A model generated the notes under the pieces. The model saw nothing but the letters and a program-made list of their open reading frames with translations, was not told the origin of the DNA and searched no databases. 64,000 nucleotides of DNA from Eledone cirrhosa (Eukaryota): assembly GCA_964016885.1 (NCBI GenBank), contig OZ024740.1, forward strand, positions 89,590,001 to 89,654,000. Direction: 5' to 3'. The translations under genes and the position numbers were made by a program. This document shows, piece by piece, positions 45,285-59,316 of the stretch. How positions within the stretch are numbered: the stretch's first letter is position 1; the number at the start of each line of letters is the position of its first letter.

Positions 45285-47066
45285 GTACTCCCCGGTAACA
45301 CTGACAAGTGAGGGATTTCTGGAAGTTATTCATAGTCCCCAGCACTAAAGTCTTCCGGAACAGACATCTTAGTTTGAATTAGACGACGTCTAGAGCCTCT
45401 TCGGGTGTGAATTTGCGCTTGTCCACCACTGATCCTCTATAGAATTCGCGAGTGGAAGTTCCACTGACAACATTGTCCGCCTGGTAGAGGGAAGAGATAA
45501 CGGACACGATGTATCCGCTCCAAAAATCCCACCCGGCAATTTAGTGACAGCTTCCTCTCGGCCCATTTCTGGGTGAGTGTGGCGCACGAAGACTCTGTTG
45601 GATGACATGGGCTTGTCTTTCCAGATACCGAGCTGCAAGCCCACAGACTTTCTTGGGTTTAGTTTTGCTCCTATCAAATGTTTGTAGTACTCTAAGAAGG
45701 TGTCGACCACCTCGATTTCAGAGGTTTCCGACATCATCACGCTGATGATGTCAACATTGTTGCATTGACTTTTAAGCCTTTTCTCTAGAATCTAGATATG
45801 TTGCAGGGCATCCCACTTGAACCACGAAGTGGCTAGGTTGTGTTGTCATACGCAGACGATATCATCATGATGTTGTCGAACACCTCCGAAATCGAAGTTC
45901 TCGGCACCCTCTTGGAAGAATATGGAAGGTTGACGGGAGTGAAACTGAACCCGAAAAATACGGTTGGCTTGCAGTTCGGCACCTACAGAGGCATGTCCAT
46001 GCCATCCAACAGCGTCATATGGCACTGGCTGGACATACAGTTAATTTGCTCGCGAATTGGTTCCTACCTAGGACAGGTGACGAACAGTGTAGCAAGTCTC
46101 ACCCGGATTTAAGCTGAGAGGAAGCTTTCCATGAATGGTCAGGTGGAGGTGGCGAACCCGTACATTGCATTTGCCATCTACTACGACCTGACCGTCGTGC
46201 GTTGACCCAGTTCGCTTCTCACCAAATTGAAACGGTTCCTCTTGAACTTCATTTGGAGTGGACAGTTGCCGTTAGTGAAACGGTCATTTTGCTGCCAGAC
46301 CTCTATGCGCGGACGGCTGGGCATGGCGCGGCTAATGATGCGCAATCGTATGCTATGGCTGCGGCACCTCCAAATATTCTACCTACACGGTGAAACAATG
46401 TGATCTCCGTTTGTGAGACGGGCAATTCTGCAGCTCGTCTCTTTGTCAAAGCTGCCATGCTGGGTCAGTAAGAGACCGGGACTGGGCGCCTGGTATCTAG
46501 AATTGTTCTGCACTCTACCAGACGCGTAATGCAGTCAGTGGAACCTCCCTTTAGAGTTCTATAGAGGATTAGTGGTGAACAAGTGCGATTATGCTTACAA
46601 AGATATTCAAGTTACCAACGAGAACGAACTAGATAGTATTTTCTGGAGAAATTTAGAGCCGGGGACTATGGGCAATTTCCAAAATCCCTCGCTTGGCAGT
46701 CCTACCGGGTAGCTCCCCCGGTGCGAGATAAATTCTATAACCATGGAAAAGCTTTTAAATGGAGATCTTCGAGATGCACGCAGAGCGACGAATCATTTTG
46801 CACGTACATGTCTAGTCCCCGTGTATTGCTGACTTATGGATTCATGACGGACAGTTGTTATCACGTATGTGACGTATCCGGCTATCGAAAGAGTCCATAG
46901 TGAATATCCGGGTGGTATCAGCAACCTTTTGGGGAATCCTGTTGTTGATATATTTTTGTTATTTTTTTTGATAATTTTGTTTACATGATTGTATGTAAAT
47001 CACCACTGTCCCCATCATTGTATTGTCCTCTATGTTCGGCATATGTGGCCAATAATAAAGAAAATA
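45285..47066 (+). mobile_element. Decayed Tx1/L1-like 3' half (45800-47066) with a head-to-head inverted, internally deleted fragment (45285-45760)
   Basis: SYADDIIMM and KNTVGLQFGTYRG match 52865-53371; the minus fragment encodes RKSVGLQLGIWK; ends with aataataaag + (ATT)n. Confidence 0.75.
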
Positions 47067-47073
47067 TTATTAT

Positions 47074-47555
47074 TCTTTGAGTCCCAGTCATTGATGTTAT
47101 TTAACTGGAAATCTTGTTCAAATGAATAACAAGCCGCTACCTACAGACTCAGATGTTCAAGACGTATCGGAGTGTCCTTGCTGTTCCCAGCAAGCATACT
47201 TTTTGAAGTGTTCCAAAAAAGATGGCTGGTCAAATGTTCTTTATCGATCTTTCAACACGCTTTGAGATATAACGTAGGGCTCCTATGAACATCGGGACGA
47301 CTTTGATCTCATGCCAGACCCGAATCCTTTTTTAATTCCCAATTTCAATCCTGGTATCGTTTAATTTTTCCTCCTTCTTCTTCTCTTGTGTCAAAAGGGC
47401 AGGCTACATCTACAAAGAGGCACGATCTTGTTTCCTTGTCAAAAGCAACTAGGTCAGGCCTATTGTGTTCTAATATGTTGTCTGTGTAACCTGAAATCCC
47501 ATAGCACCTTGATCCTTTTCTATCACCAAATCTGGCTGATGCTCATAGCACTTCT
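47074..47555 (-). mobile_element. Dong/R4-like 3' fragment
   Basis: Diverged paralog of 47686-48180. Confidence 0.7.
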
Positions 47556-47568
47556 TTATTATTATCAT

Positions 47569-47662
47569 TTAACTTTGCCTTTCATCCTTACGGGGTCGAT
47601 AAAATAAAGTACCAGTAATGTACTGGGTAATTGTTGGCCTTGTGCCTAAAGTAGAAACAATT
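47569..47662 (+). mobile_element. SINE 3' fragment ending in (ATT)n
   Basis: SINE core plus 3' tail. Confidence 0.75.
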
Positions 47663-47685
47663 ATTATTATTATTATTATTATTGT

Positions 47686-48790
47686 TCTTTGAGTCTCATC
47701 ATTTATGTTAGTGAACTGGAAATTTTGTTGAAATGAATATCAAGCCACTACCTGCAGTCTCAGATATTCAGGACGTATCGGAGGGTTCTTGCTGTTCCCC
47801 AGCAAGCATGCCTTTTGAAGCGTTCCAAAAAGCGTGGCGGGGCCAATTTTCTTTAAACATCCCTGGAAACTTTTTGAGATAGTACCTAGTGCGCCTATGA
47901 CAATCGGGACCACTTTGACTTCATGGCAGTTCCAAATCCTTTTTACCTCCCACTTTAAGTCCTGGTATCGGTTAATTTTCTCCCTCTCCTTCTCTTGCAC
48001 TCTCGTGTTGAATGGGCAGGCCACATCCACAATCAGGCACGACCTTTTTTCCTTGTCCAAAACCACCAGGTCAGGTCTATTTTGTTCCAGTTTCTTGTCC
48101 GTCTGTATCCTAAAATCCCACAACACCTTCACCTGATTGTTTTCTATCAACGACTCTGGCTTATGCTCATACCACTTCTCAGAATGTGGTAACTTGTTTA
48201 CTTTGCATAGGTGCCAGTGGATCACCCTGCCCATCACATCATGTCTCCAGCCCTTATAGTGTGTCTGGGCGAGGTGTTTACACTCGGATACAATGTGAGC
48301 CACAGTATCCTCTCTCTCTCTCCACAGATCCTGCACAGTGGGTTAGCCTCCTCCTTGTAAATATGGTGTTTCAACCACTTCGTTTTGAGGGCCTGCTCTT
48401 GCGCAGCCATTAGCATTCCTTCTGTAGCCTTTTTAAGGTCTCCTCTTTTCAACCAGTTCCATGTCTGTAGATTTCTGAATTCAGTTTTCTCAAATAAGGT
48501 AATATGAAGGGATTTTTCATGAAGAATGCTCTTTCTCCTAGTTGTTATTTCCTCCTTGGACATCCCCTGGTCTATTGTCCTCTCCTTCAGTACAATTCTG
48601 AGCATTGGCTGCTTACTATCAGTCACGTATTTGTGTAAGTTGTTTTTCTCCATTTGAACACAGTCCTCTATGCTCATAAGACCCCTTCCACCTTCAGACC
48701 TCTTTAAGTATAGTCTATGGACATCACTCCTCTTGTGGAACATGTTGTAGATAATCAATAGCTTCCTAGTCTACCTATCCATTTCTTTTT
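47686..48790 (-). mobile_element. Dong/R4-clade non-LTR retrotransposon 3' part (thumb, CCHC, RLE)
   Basis: RLYLKRSEGGRGL; CRICGE..TVAHIVSEC; RHD; LWDFRIQTD..NRPDLVVLD..LIVDVACP (PD-(D/E)xK); flanked by (TTA)n on both sides. Confidence 0.85.
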
Positions 48791-48791
48791 A

Positions 48792-48861
<70 letters not shown>

Positions 48862-49317
48862 GGCGACCTACGTAGTAGATTGTATCATCGTGAGCTACGC
48901 AAAGGTTTATTATTTTCACTTGTTTAACATGGCGATTTATGGAAAATGTTTATTGTTAACTGTATATATGTGCACATACATTGTTATCTGAAAAGGACAC
49001 CCAAAAAGATTGGGGCCTTGAGCCTAACATTTAAACATTTATAATGATCAAACAACAATTTTTCTTTGAAAAAACATGGACGACTCAGTGTCACAACTTC
49101 CTCACAAACTAACACCTCACACCGACACCACCATTGTAAATATTACTACGTTTGCCAACAATAAAAATATAAGCAGTAGCAATATTTTAAATTTGTCTCA
49201 GGCATATATTCATTTCCCGCCATTACCAATGACTGCAGGTGTTAAAGCCGCCATCCCAACCACCACCACAGCGACAACAGAAACAAAGGAAAAAATAAAT
49301 TAACTCGTGATATCGAA

Positions 49318-50978
49318 ATGAATTCCACCAAAATGAACTCTTCCACACCGAACACCGCTGACGCCACCACCACCACAACTGAAACTATAATTAACAATCA
49401 CAAAAATAACGATAACAACAACAGCAACAATGAAATTAAGAAAACTACCCTGAGTTTTGCCAGAGTAGCAAAAACGTGCGAAGCGATCCAAGTTACCCAG
49501 GTGGAATTAGAAGAAGACAAAGGAATGGTAAAGAAAGATGGGTACAGGGTCAGCCTCACCCCCACCTAATAAAATGGAGCAACGTCGCCTATGCACCGTG
49601 TCTTATCGGACAATTAACATAAAATCGCGCCGAGTGGAACGGGCATCAGAGTCTCAAATCCAAAAATCTTTGGGACATGTGTGGGCAAAAAAACCCCACA
49701 TCAGACGTGGGCAGAAGTATGGAACCGCGGACGTGTTCTTTGAAACACCACAGAAGGTCAGAGCACACTCCATGACGCCATTAAGAAGTGACGACTTCAC
49801 ACTCGTCCAAAGCTATTGTGGCCAGAGACTTGTGAAGATCAGGGTGACCCATGTTCCATCGGCCATCGAAATTCCCTGGCTAATGGCTGCCGTCCTCGCC
49901 GGCATCAAGGCCAACACCAAGATAAATGAAATAGCGAAAGAAAAGCAGGAGTACTGGTCCGGATCTGGGATGGAGTCCTGAGCTAAGCGGACCATAAAAG
50001 CATTGAGGAGATCCCAGAGGTAATACACCTCACCGTAATCTTCGAGGGCAGAAGACCTAGGTGTGTCGTTTGTGGTGAAGGAACCCACCTAAGGGCTTTC
50101 TGCCCTCAGGCTAAAAGGTTGAGGCCACCTCTCTTACCCACCCCAGTGACTTGACCATCAACACCACCAGTAGCAGAAATGGCAGCAACAATTGTAGCAG
50201 CAACAACAGAAGCAACTATAACAGCAACAACCCCAGCAACAGTAGCAACACCAACACCACCACCACCAAACGTGCCAGAACTAGCACCAGCGCCTACACC
50301 ATCCACCACGCCACAGCCAAAACCACCGCCTGTGGAGGATTTTCCACTCCCCGGCTTATTGCAACTGGAGACAGATTGTGGCGACGAGGAGTGGGAAACG
50401 CTATCAGGAAAAATGAAAAAAGAAGCCAAAAAAGAATAAATTCTATTCCTTCCCCCTCCAAAAACAAAATACAGAGAGTAACAAATAAATTATCAAACAA
50501 AAAAGTTAGGACAGATATGCCAACATCCACACCAGCATCACCAACCCCATCACCACAAACACCAACACCATCACCATCATTAACCCCAACACCACTATCA
50601 CCAACACCACAAACGTCACCAAAAAGCGTAACAGAAACAAACCCACAACAAACGCTAACAAAACAAAACAACCAAAACGATATACACTACACAGCAATAC
50701 ATTTGAACAACAACCAATTATTACACTACATGCAACACAACACCAGCCTCACAGAAAAAGAATACACAACAACCCAAAAGTTCACACCACCTCCACACAT
50801 ACAAATCACTCGCATCACACAGAAAACGTACACGACACTAAAACAAAAATTCCCCAAAGACATCGGAGACTTCCGACAAACACTCTCCAGGAGGATTTAT
50901 AAGTACATCCTTCCAAAGGAGGCCAAAAGCAGTGAAAAGGATGGACAAACCATCCTTCCTCTACGAGAAGTAAGGTAA
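49318..50978 (+). pseudogene. Tx1 ORF1 (gag-like, CCHC knuckle, Pro/Thr-rich), disrupted
   Basis: FEGRRPRCVVCGEGTHLRAFCP at ~50040-50106; homologous to EGRRPKCYLCGMKGYLRAFCP in the next copy. Confidence 0.7.
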
Positions 50979-51011
50979 GTGGTCTTTACATCTTTTCCAC
51001 TCCATTTCAAC

Positions 51012-54000
51012 ATGACCTCACTCAGAATAGGCAGCATAAATGCGAGTGGCTTGGGTCGTCATGGAAGTAGGGCCACCTGTTCAACTACCTCAGGTCACTA
51101 AACATAGATGTAGTAGACATCAGCGAGACCAGAATCTCCGAAGCACGGCCTCCACACCGATCTTCGGCGGCTACAATGTGTACGCATCTCCTAGCCGTCC
51201 GGGATCGGGGGGAGAAGTTGCTGTGCTTTTTCGGAGAGGTTAGGATCTCGCCATACGGGCCGTCTTCCTGGAACCAGAGGGTAAGTTGTTGGTGCTAGAC
51301 GTGACCAGCGGAGACGGGCAAGCTTTCAGGCTAGTGGCCGTCTATGCCCCGACAGGAGCAGGGCTGCCTGATTTCTTCCGGCGTCTGGAGACCTTTCTTG
51401 GAACGTCCCGCTCTTTAGTGTTATTGGGCGACTGGAACGGGATCTTAGATGCACGCTGGGACTGTGTGGGATTAGCAGATAGGGGAGGAGGGTGCAAGAG
51501 CCTCACCAACCTGCTCAGGTGTTTTGAACTGTCTGACAGGTACCGATTGGTTTTCCCGAATGTGCCAATGTGGAATTGGACAAATCGCATAGGGTCATCC
51601 AGGTCATATCTAGATAGAGTATTTTCTAGAGAAATAGATAGGTCTAGCTTAGGATGTCCACAATTCAAGGTAGTCTGCTACACGGACCATAAATTCATGA
51701 TCTGTGTGCTTGACTTAGATAGGCTTCATAGACGAGGACCCGGCTACTGGAAGCTAAACGCGTCCTTACCAGCGCGCAAGGCCTACAGAAACCGGATTAG
51801 CGAACTAGTTAAGCGGGCGTTGACGGGGGACATCGTCAACAACAAGTGGTGGTTTGCTCTGAAAAGAGCAATTATAATAGAGTCCATTAGGTTTAGTAAG
51901 GCTTTAGCTATAGAGAAAAACAGAGCAGAGGGAGAATTAGTTAGAAAATTAGACGAGGAGCTTAGCAAAGGCATCGTGATGGACGTACTTGCGGCGAAAT
52001 TAGCCCTTGACCAATACTTCAATGCAAAGCACGAAGGCTGCGTTGTCAGAGCTAGGGTGCCTTCTCTCAGACACGAGGGGACGAAAGCCGTTCAATGGGC
52101 CCGAGTCGCGTAGGCGCGTCGTGGCAACAAAGCCACAATCCGGTCTTTGGTGGACCACGACAGGCGCATGATACTTGATCCCGGGCAAATGCGTGAAGCT
52201 TTTCAGCGACACTTCGCTCAGTTGTTCGGAAGCAGCGGCGGGCCGGATCGAGGGATGGACTTTAGTGTGTACCTCGACGGACTGCAGCGGCTCTCGGCCA
52301 CTGAGGCGGAGTGTTGCGAAAAGCCGATAACAGCCGCTGAAGTACGGGAGGCAATGACTAGCTGCACAAGGGATAAATCGCCTGGTTTGGATGGTCTGCC
52401 CTATGAACTTTACGTACATATGCCAGACTTGTTCGAGGCCTCTTGGCGGACGTCTACTGCAACTGGCAACAGAACGGGAGAATTCCCAGCTCAGTGAGCC
52501 GAGGAGCTGTGGCTCTGCTGATAAAGGATCCGAACAAGGGGGATAACATAGATAATTTTAGGCCCATAACTCTGCTAAACTCATAGTTCAAGATTTTGGC
52601 CAAGGTGCTAGCAAAGAGGTTGGCGCTTGTCGTTGGTGGTCTGGTGGGAGAGGCGCAGACATGCGCCATTCCCGACAGATCCATCCACAACAACCTCCAC
52701 CTCATGCGATACATCATAGAGAGGGTAGCTAGGGAACCTGGCACGGGTGGGTCTTTGATCAATTTAGATCAGTCGAAAGCTTTCGATAGGTCGACCATCG
52801 TTACCTAGCGGCAGTCCTGAGGGCGGCTGGCTTTGGGGCCGTCTTCAGAGGCTGGATCGCTGCCATGCACAGCGACATCTGTTCTGTGGTGAGAGTAAAC
52901 GGTAACCTTTCGGAACCGTTCAACATCATGCGCTCGATCCGCCAAGGATGTCCACTCTCCTCCCTCTTGTACGTATTGACTCTCGAGCCATTACTGCACA
53001 AACTGGAGACGTTGGGGGGCGTTCCGCGCGAACTAGGATGCGGAAGATCCGTGTCAGCATATGCGGACGATATCACCGTAGTGGTGTCGAACGCCAAACA
53101 CATCGAGTCGATCGGCACTACACTAAGAGAATACGAAGTGGTGACAGGTGCAATTATCAACCAGGAAAAGTCAGTGGGCCTCCAGCTCGGCACCTGGAGA
53201 GGCAGGTCCATGCCGTCCAACAGCGTCGTCGGACGCTGGACGGACGGACCGGTTAAATTGCTAGGGGTCTGGTTCGGTTCAGACCTCCAGATGGACAAAA
53301 CGTGGGACGAGGTGACGAGCAGGGTGGCTTCTCTCACCCAGAAATGGGCGGAGAGGAAGCTATCCCTGTAAGGTCGAGCGGAGCTGACTAACGCGTATAT
53401 CGCGTCCGTCATCTACTACTGCCTGGCCGTCGTACCTTGTCCTAAGTCCCGCCTGACTGCGCTGAAGCGTTTGCTCTTTCGCTATTTGTGGAAAGGACGC
53501 GCTCCGATGGTCAGGCGGTCCATCTGCTGTCAACACACGCTACGTGGAGGGCTGGGAATGCCGTGGCTGATGATGCGCAGACACGCGCTCAGGCTACGAC
53601 ATCGCCACCTCTTCCTCAACGGTGATCAGGTGTGGTAGCCGTTTGCTAGACACGTATTTCCCCAGCCAGTTTCCTTGACCGAAATGCAGTCTTGGGTCAA
53701 GCGAAGACCGAGAGAGAGCGCCTGGAGACTGGAATGTCTTCAGGCGCTCACAACCCTCGACCAATCGGGCAATGTGATCGGTGGGAACTCCACCTCGGCG
53801 TTCTATAGAGAATTAGTGGAGGGGAAGAGCGACGACGTACTTGGGGAAACTCTATGCGTCGACGAAAATCAACTAGCCAATCTCTTCGGAAGAACTTTCG
53901 GGCCGGGGCCTACGGACAACATCCAGAAATCTCTGGCCTGGCAGTGCTACCGAGGAGCCTTGCCAGTTCGAGATAAACTCTACAGGCATGGAGGTGTTGT

Positions 54001-54426
54001 CAACCGGGCATGTCCGAGATGCGCGCAGGGCGACGAAACCGTCCTGCACGCACTCATCCAGTGTCGGAAAATTGCTGACTTGTGGTTTTATGTCGAAGAT
54101 CTGCTGTCGCGTGTAGGACGGATCCGGCTATCATCTGAGTCCATCGTGAGGATAGCCCTTCCCTTTTCCATAGCCGGGAAGGGCAGGGAGTTTTTATCTG
54201 TCTGGTGGCCATGGCGAAAGAGATAATATGGTGGACGCGTTTGAAAGGGCTGAAGACGAGCACTTACCTCTTCGGCGAGGCCCTGATTAACTTTTTCAAA
54301 TTTCATTTGAAAAGGAAAATCAGGGTAGAGAGGGAAGTGCTCTCTTCCCAGCATTTTGTTGAAAGATGGGTGAGAGAAGCAAGAATGGCCCGAGTGAATG
54401 GGCCTACTCTGTGTATGTATCTGTAA
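51012..54426 (+). pseudogene. Tx1 ORF2: APE endonuclease + RT + zf-RVT, disrupted
   Basis: LRIGSINASGL, LGDWNG, YLDRVF, TDHK, WKLN, KSPGLDG, RPITLLN, DQSKAFD, QGCPLS, YADD, CPRC..ETVLHALIQC. Confidence 0.9.
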
Positions 54427-54660
54427 ATTAAAGGTGGAAAACTGGGAGAGGGCACTTGCCTTGGTGGTCAAAAATGTCCCTCCGAAGTCTCCCCACTATT
54501 GGGGAATTTTTTATTGTTATTTTTTGTTACATCCTCTGTTTTTGTTTTTACACGCAGAAATGCCCATTTGTACCGTCCTGTATTGTCCTTCACTGTCCTT
54601 AATGTCTACTTTATGTAAACCCTTGTAGTTAATAAATAAATCATAATTATTATTATTATT

Positions 54661-57600
54661 GGTCTGTTCGGACGTCTTTTTTGCTCGCTCCCAGTAAGTA
54701 GCTTTATGTACTGTTATAATTATTTTTTATTAAATTTTTCTTGTAGTGTAAGGGATATAAGCCTTTGGGCTTTGCGCCGTGAAGGGGAAAATAAAATATT
54801 TGGGCCTTTTGTCCCAAATATTTGAACAATATTTGAACATTTTACTTTTGAAAATTTAAATAAAAAACAAAAAAAAATGTCTGAGCCACGCCCCCAAGCA
54901 ATATGTCTGCTGTCGTGTGAAAAAGGCGTAAAAGTTGAGAGGAGGGTTTAGTGAAACTCATACAACAAACACCACCACAAACAACGTGAACACATACAAA
55001 AACACTGAGATAACTATTCCAAGAAAAATTACTACACCAACTATAACGTTAACAGCATCAACCAAATTACAGACAACAGAAAAAATGACAACAAATGCAA
55101 CAACGATATTAACACCACTAACAAGAAAATAAACAACGACAACACCAACAGCAACTATACAAATTGCACCGAAAACAACAACAACGGTGGTACCAAAACA
55201 CAATCAACTACAACAGTGATACCAACAACAACATCTACAACACAGTTTGTAGCAGTAGCAACAGCAAAAGCACCAGCAACACGACCAGTAGCGGCAGCAA
55301 TAAAGGGGCCACTTCTTTCGTAGATGTGGCACGAATTATAGAGACAGTGCTAGTCACGGAGGAGGAGATTGCAGTCGCAAGAACCATGGTGACAAGGAAT
55401 GAAAATAGAGTTTCCCTGAAACCCCCACCCGATTTCTTCAAAGACCAGCAGCTGCGCAAGGTGAATTACCGCACCGTAAGCAAGATGTCACATCGGGTGG
55501 AGAGAGCTATGGAGGCTCAAATCCAAAAGGCCTTGGGGTGCGTATGGGCGCGCAAAACCCACATCAAACGAGGAAAAAGTACGCCACAGTAGACGTACTT
55601 TTCTCCATCACCAAGAGGCGAAGTCACAGACTTTGGAATCCCTAAAGAGTGAGGAGTTACTCTTGGTACAGTCCTACCACGGGCAGAACATTGTGATGGT
55701 CAAAGTGACCCAGGTACCACCTGACGTGCCCATACCTTGACTGACCGCATCTATACTGGCTGGAAACGAGGGAAGACCACCATACTGCAAATACAGAGAA
55801 TGGGGAGAGAGAGAACTGGTCAGGAATAGGCATGCAAACGCTAATACAGACTGACAAGGAGTGCATCGAGGCAATCCCATAGACCTCGAAGAAGGACTCC
55901 AGCTCCCTATAAGCGTGGAAGGAAGGCGCCCAAAGTGCTATCTCTGTGGGATGAAGGGTTACCTCAGGGCCTTCTGCCCGCAGAAGACAACCAAGATGAG
56001 GCCCCCTCCCTTCCTTCCAACGCCTGATACGCTGCTAACAAGAGCAGGGCAGGCAACAGAGGCAGAAGAACCTTCCATGGTGAGTAGGATGGCAACGTCC
56101 GTGGGACCCATACCAATGCCACAGACAAATAAAGCAGCGGCAGCAGGGGCGGCAACACCAACAGTCGCAGTAGCTACTCAGGCGGTAAAATCGCCGGAGC
56201 GGGCTCCACTACAACCACCAACAGCAGTGGAGCTCATGCCCCTGCCGGACGCCGCGGGGTCCGACATGTAGTGTGAGCCGGGAGAGAAGTGGCAAACGGT
56301 CTGCCACAAAATCAAAAAAGGAAAAACACTTAGCTTCACAATCCAAAAGCGAAGGCAAACGAAGAGGGGTAAAGGCTGCAAGGAGACTTGCAGCAATACC
56401 ACCAGCATCACTATCACCAACACAACCATCACCACCAACAATAACCACACCACCACCAGCATCACCAAAAGACACCACGATCGCAAACTCAACAAAACAC
56501 ACATACCCAACAACAAAAAAACAGCAACAAAATCACCCCTCCCCTCAAAATGTACACAGCCATAAACATGGCAAATAAAGAACTCATACAACATATAAAG
56601 CAGCACACATACATCACAGAAAAAAAAACTACTACACCACACCAACACCAACAACTCTCCCGACAAACATAAACATCATTGAAATCAAAATAAAACTTTA
56701 CAAACATTTAAAGTAAAGATTCCCCAACATAGTTGGAGATTTCAGAGGGTCAGTTACCCAGAGGATATACACCGACATCCTCTTGGAAAAACCCCTGACC
56801 AGACAACGGGACGGATCTACTGTCCCTTCACCACACGATCAATGTAAGTGATCCTTTCTCACTTACCCAAATTCTCATCCAACATGGCCGTACTTAAAAT
56901 AGGCAGTATAAATGTACGTGGCCTGGAGTCATCTTGGAAGCAAGGTAACCTGCTGAACGACCCTAGGACACTAAATATGGATGTGGTGGCTATCATCGAG
57001 ACCAGAATCTCCGAAGCACGAGCCTTCGCTCCGATCTTCGTCGACTACGATGTATACGCATCTGCCAGCCGTCCAGGATCGGGGGAGCAGTTGGCGAGCT
57101 TTTTCAGAGAGGTTTGGATCTCGCCATATGGGCTATCTTCCTGGAACCAGATGCTAAGTCGGTGGTGCTGGACGTGACCGGCAGCGAAGGCAATGATTTC
57201 AGGCTAGTAGCCGTCTACGCCTCAACAGGGGCAGGACGGCCAGATTTCTTCAGACGTCTAGAGACCTTTCTTGGAACGTCCCGCTCTATTGTGTTCGTGG
57301 GCGACTGGAACGGTATCTTAGATGCACGCTGGGATTATGTGGTGCTAGTACACAGGGCAGGAGGAAGCAAAAGCCTCAACAGCCTGCTCAGACTTTTTGA
57401 ACTGTCTGACAGTTATAGAATGAATTATCTGAATGTGCCAATGTGGACATGGGCTACCGCATCGGGTCATCCAGATATTATTTAGATAGGGGATTCTGTA
57501 GGTAAACAGATAAGGCTAGTGTAGGTTGTACACAATTTAAAGTAGTCGACTACACGGAACACAAATAGTGTATCTGTGAATTTGACTTAGATAGACTCCA

Positions 57601-59316
57601 TAGGCAAGGGCCCGGCTACTGGTAGCTGAACGCGTCGTTCCTGCCGCGCAAAGCTTACAGAGACCGGTTTAGCGAATTAGTTAAGCGTGCGTTGACTGAT
57701 GCGACATGTGCTGGTTTACCCTGAAAAGGTATATGAGAGTAGAATAGATAAGGTTTAGCAAAGGAGTAGTCATAGAGGAAAATAGAGTAGAAGGAGAGTT
57801 AGTTAGAAAGCTAGAAGCGGGGTATAGGCAGGCATCGCAACCGACGTGCTTGCGGCGAGATTGGCACTCGACCAATTCTTCAACGCAAAGCACGAAGGCT
57901 GGGTTGTCAGATATAGAGCGCGACGTGGGGCGCTGGACAGAAGGACCGGTTAAATTGCTCGGAGTCTGGTTCCGTCCGAACCTCCAGATGGAGAAAAACA
58001 GGAGCGAGGTGACGAATAGGGCGGTCTCTCTCACCCAGAAAAGGGCCGAGAGGAGGCTGTCTCTGAAAGGTTGGGGGATGTGGCGAATGCGTACATAGCG
58101 TCCAACATCTGCTACCGCCTGACTGTCGTACCTTGCCCCCGCCCAACTCTGACCAAAATGAAGCACCTTCTTTTCCGCTTTTTGTGGAAGGGAGTGCTCC
58201 CATGGTCAGACGATCCACTCGCTGTCAACACCCACTGCGTGGAGGACTAGGCATGCTGATGATGCGTGGCTGATGATGCGCAAACATGCTCTGAGGGTGC
58301 GACATCTCTGGTGCTTCCAGTCCAGTATCAGGAAAAGACCGAGGGATAGAGCTTGGAAGCTGGAATGTCTCCAAGCGCTCACCGCCCTCTACCGGCTGTG
58401 AACTAGTATCCCTGGAACATCCACCTCGGCGTTCTATATAGGGGTAGTTGAGTGAAAGATCGACGAGGTTCTTGGGGAGACCCTGGGTGTCGAAGACGAT
58501 CAGCTGTTCGCTCTCTTCAAGAGAACTTTCAGACCGGGACCTATGGACAACTTCCAGAAATCCCTGGCCTGGCAGTGCTAATGCGGAACGTTGTCGGATC
58601 CTGAAAAGCTCTACAGGTACAGAGGTGCTGTCAGCCGAGTCTGGCCGAGATGCACGCAGAGCGACGAAACCGTCGTGCACGCACTCGTTCAGTGCCCGAG
58701 GATTGCTGACTTGTGGAGCTATGTCGAACAGCTGCTCTCGCGTGTACGACGGATCCGGTTATCGACTGAGTCCATTGTGCAGATAGCCCCGCTATCCTCC
58801 TTTATAGTGGAGGATGAGCACGAGTTTTCATCTGCCTGGTGGCCATGGCGAAAGAGATTGTGTGGTGGCCAAGGTTGAAAGGTTTAAAGACGACACTTTC
58901 CTCTTCGGCCAATCCCTGATTAACTTTATCAATTTTCACTTGAAGAGGAAAATCAGGGAGGAGAGACAAGTGCTGTCTTCTAGTAAGTTTGTTGAAAAGT
59001 GTGTGAAAGTGGTGAGTCTGATCCGAGTGAACGGCCCCGCTCTGAGTATGCGCTTGTAGACTGAGGAGTAAGAAAACTGAGAGAGGGCGTTTGCCCTGGT
59101 GGTCAGGGAGGCTGTGGCCGTTTTGTGGGGTTTTCGCCACAAGTGACCCTTGGAGGTTTAACCCTTTTTTGAGATTATTTGTTGTTTGAATTTTTTAATG
59201 ATTTATAGTCCAATTTTGTTTACACGACCAAAACCCATTTTGTATCGCCATATACTGTTCTGTGCCGTGTCTAATGTTTTTTCTTCCTGTTAGACCTTGT
59301 GGCTGATAAAGAAACC
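54661..59316 (+). mobile_element. Second Tx1-like LINE in tandem, with the RT core deleted
   Basis: ORF1 ~54877-56847; ORF2 starts at 56884; at ~57910-57920 the homology jumps from ~52050 to ~53225; (ATT)n on both sides. Confidence 0.85.

Larger units (their letters stand above)
48862..54645 (+). mobile_element. Near-full-length Tx1/L1-clade LINE (decayed)
   Basis: Two ORFs; starts right after (ATT)n; ends with AATAAA and (ATT)n. Confidence 0.9.
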
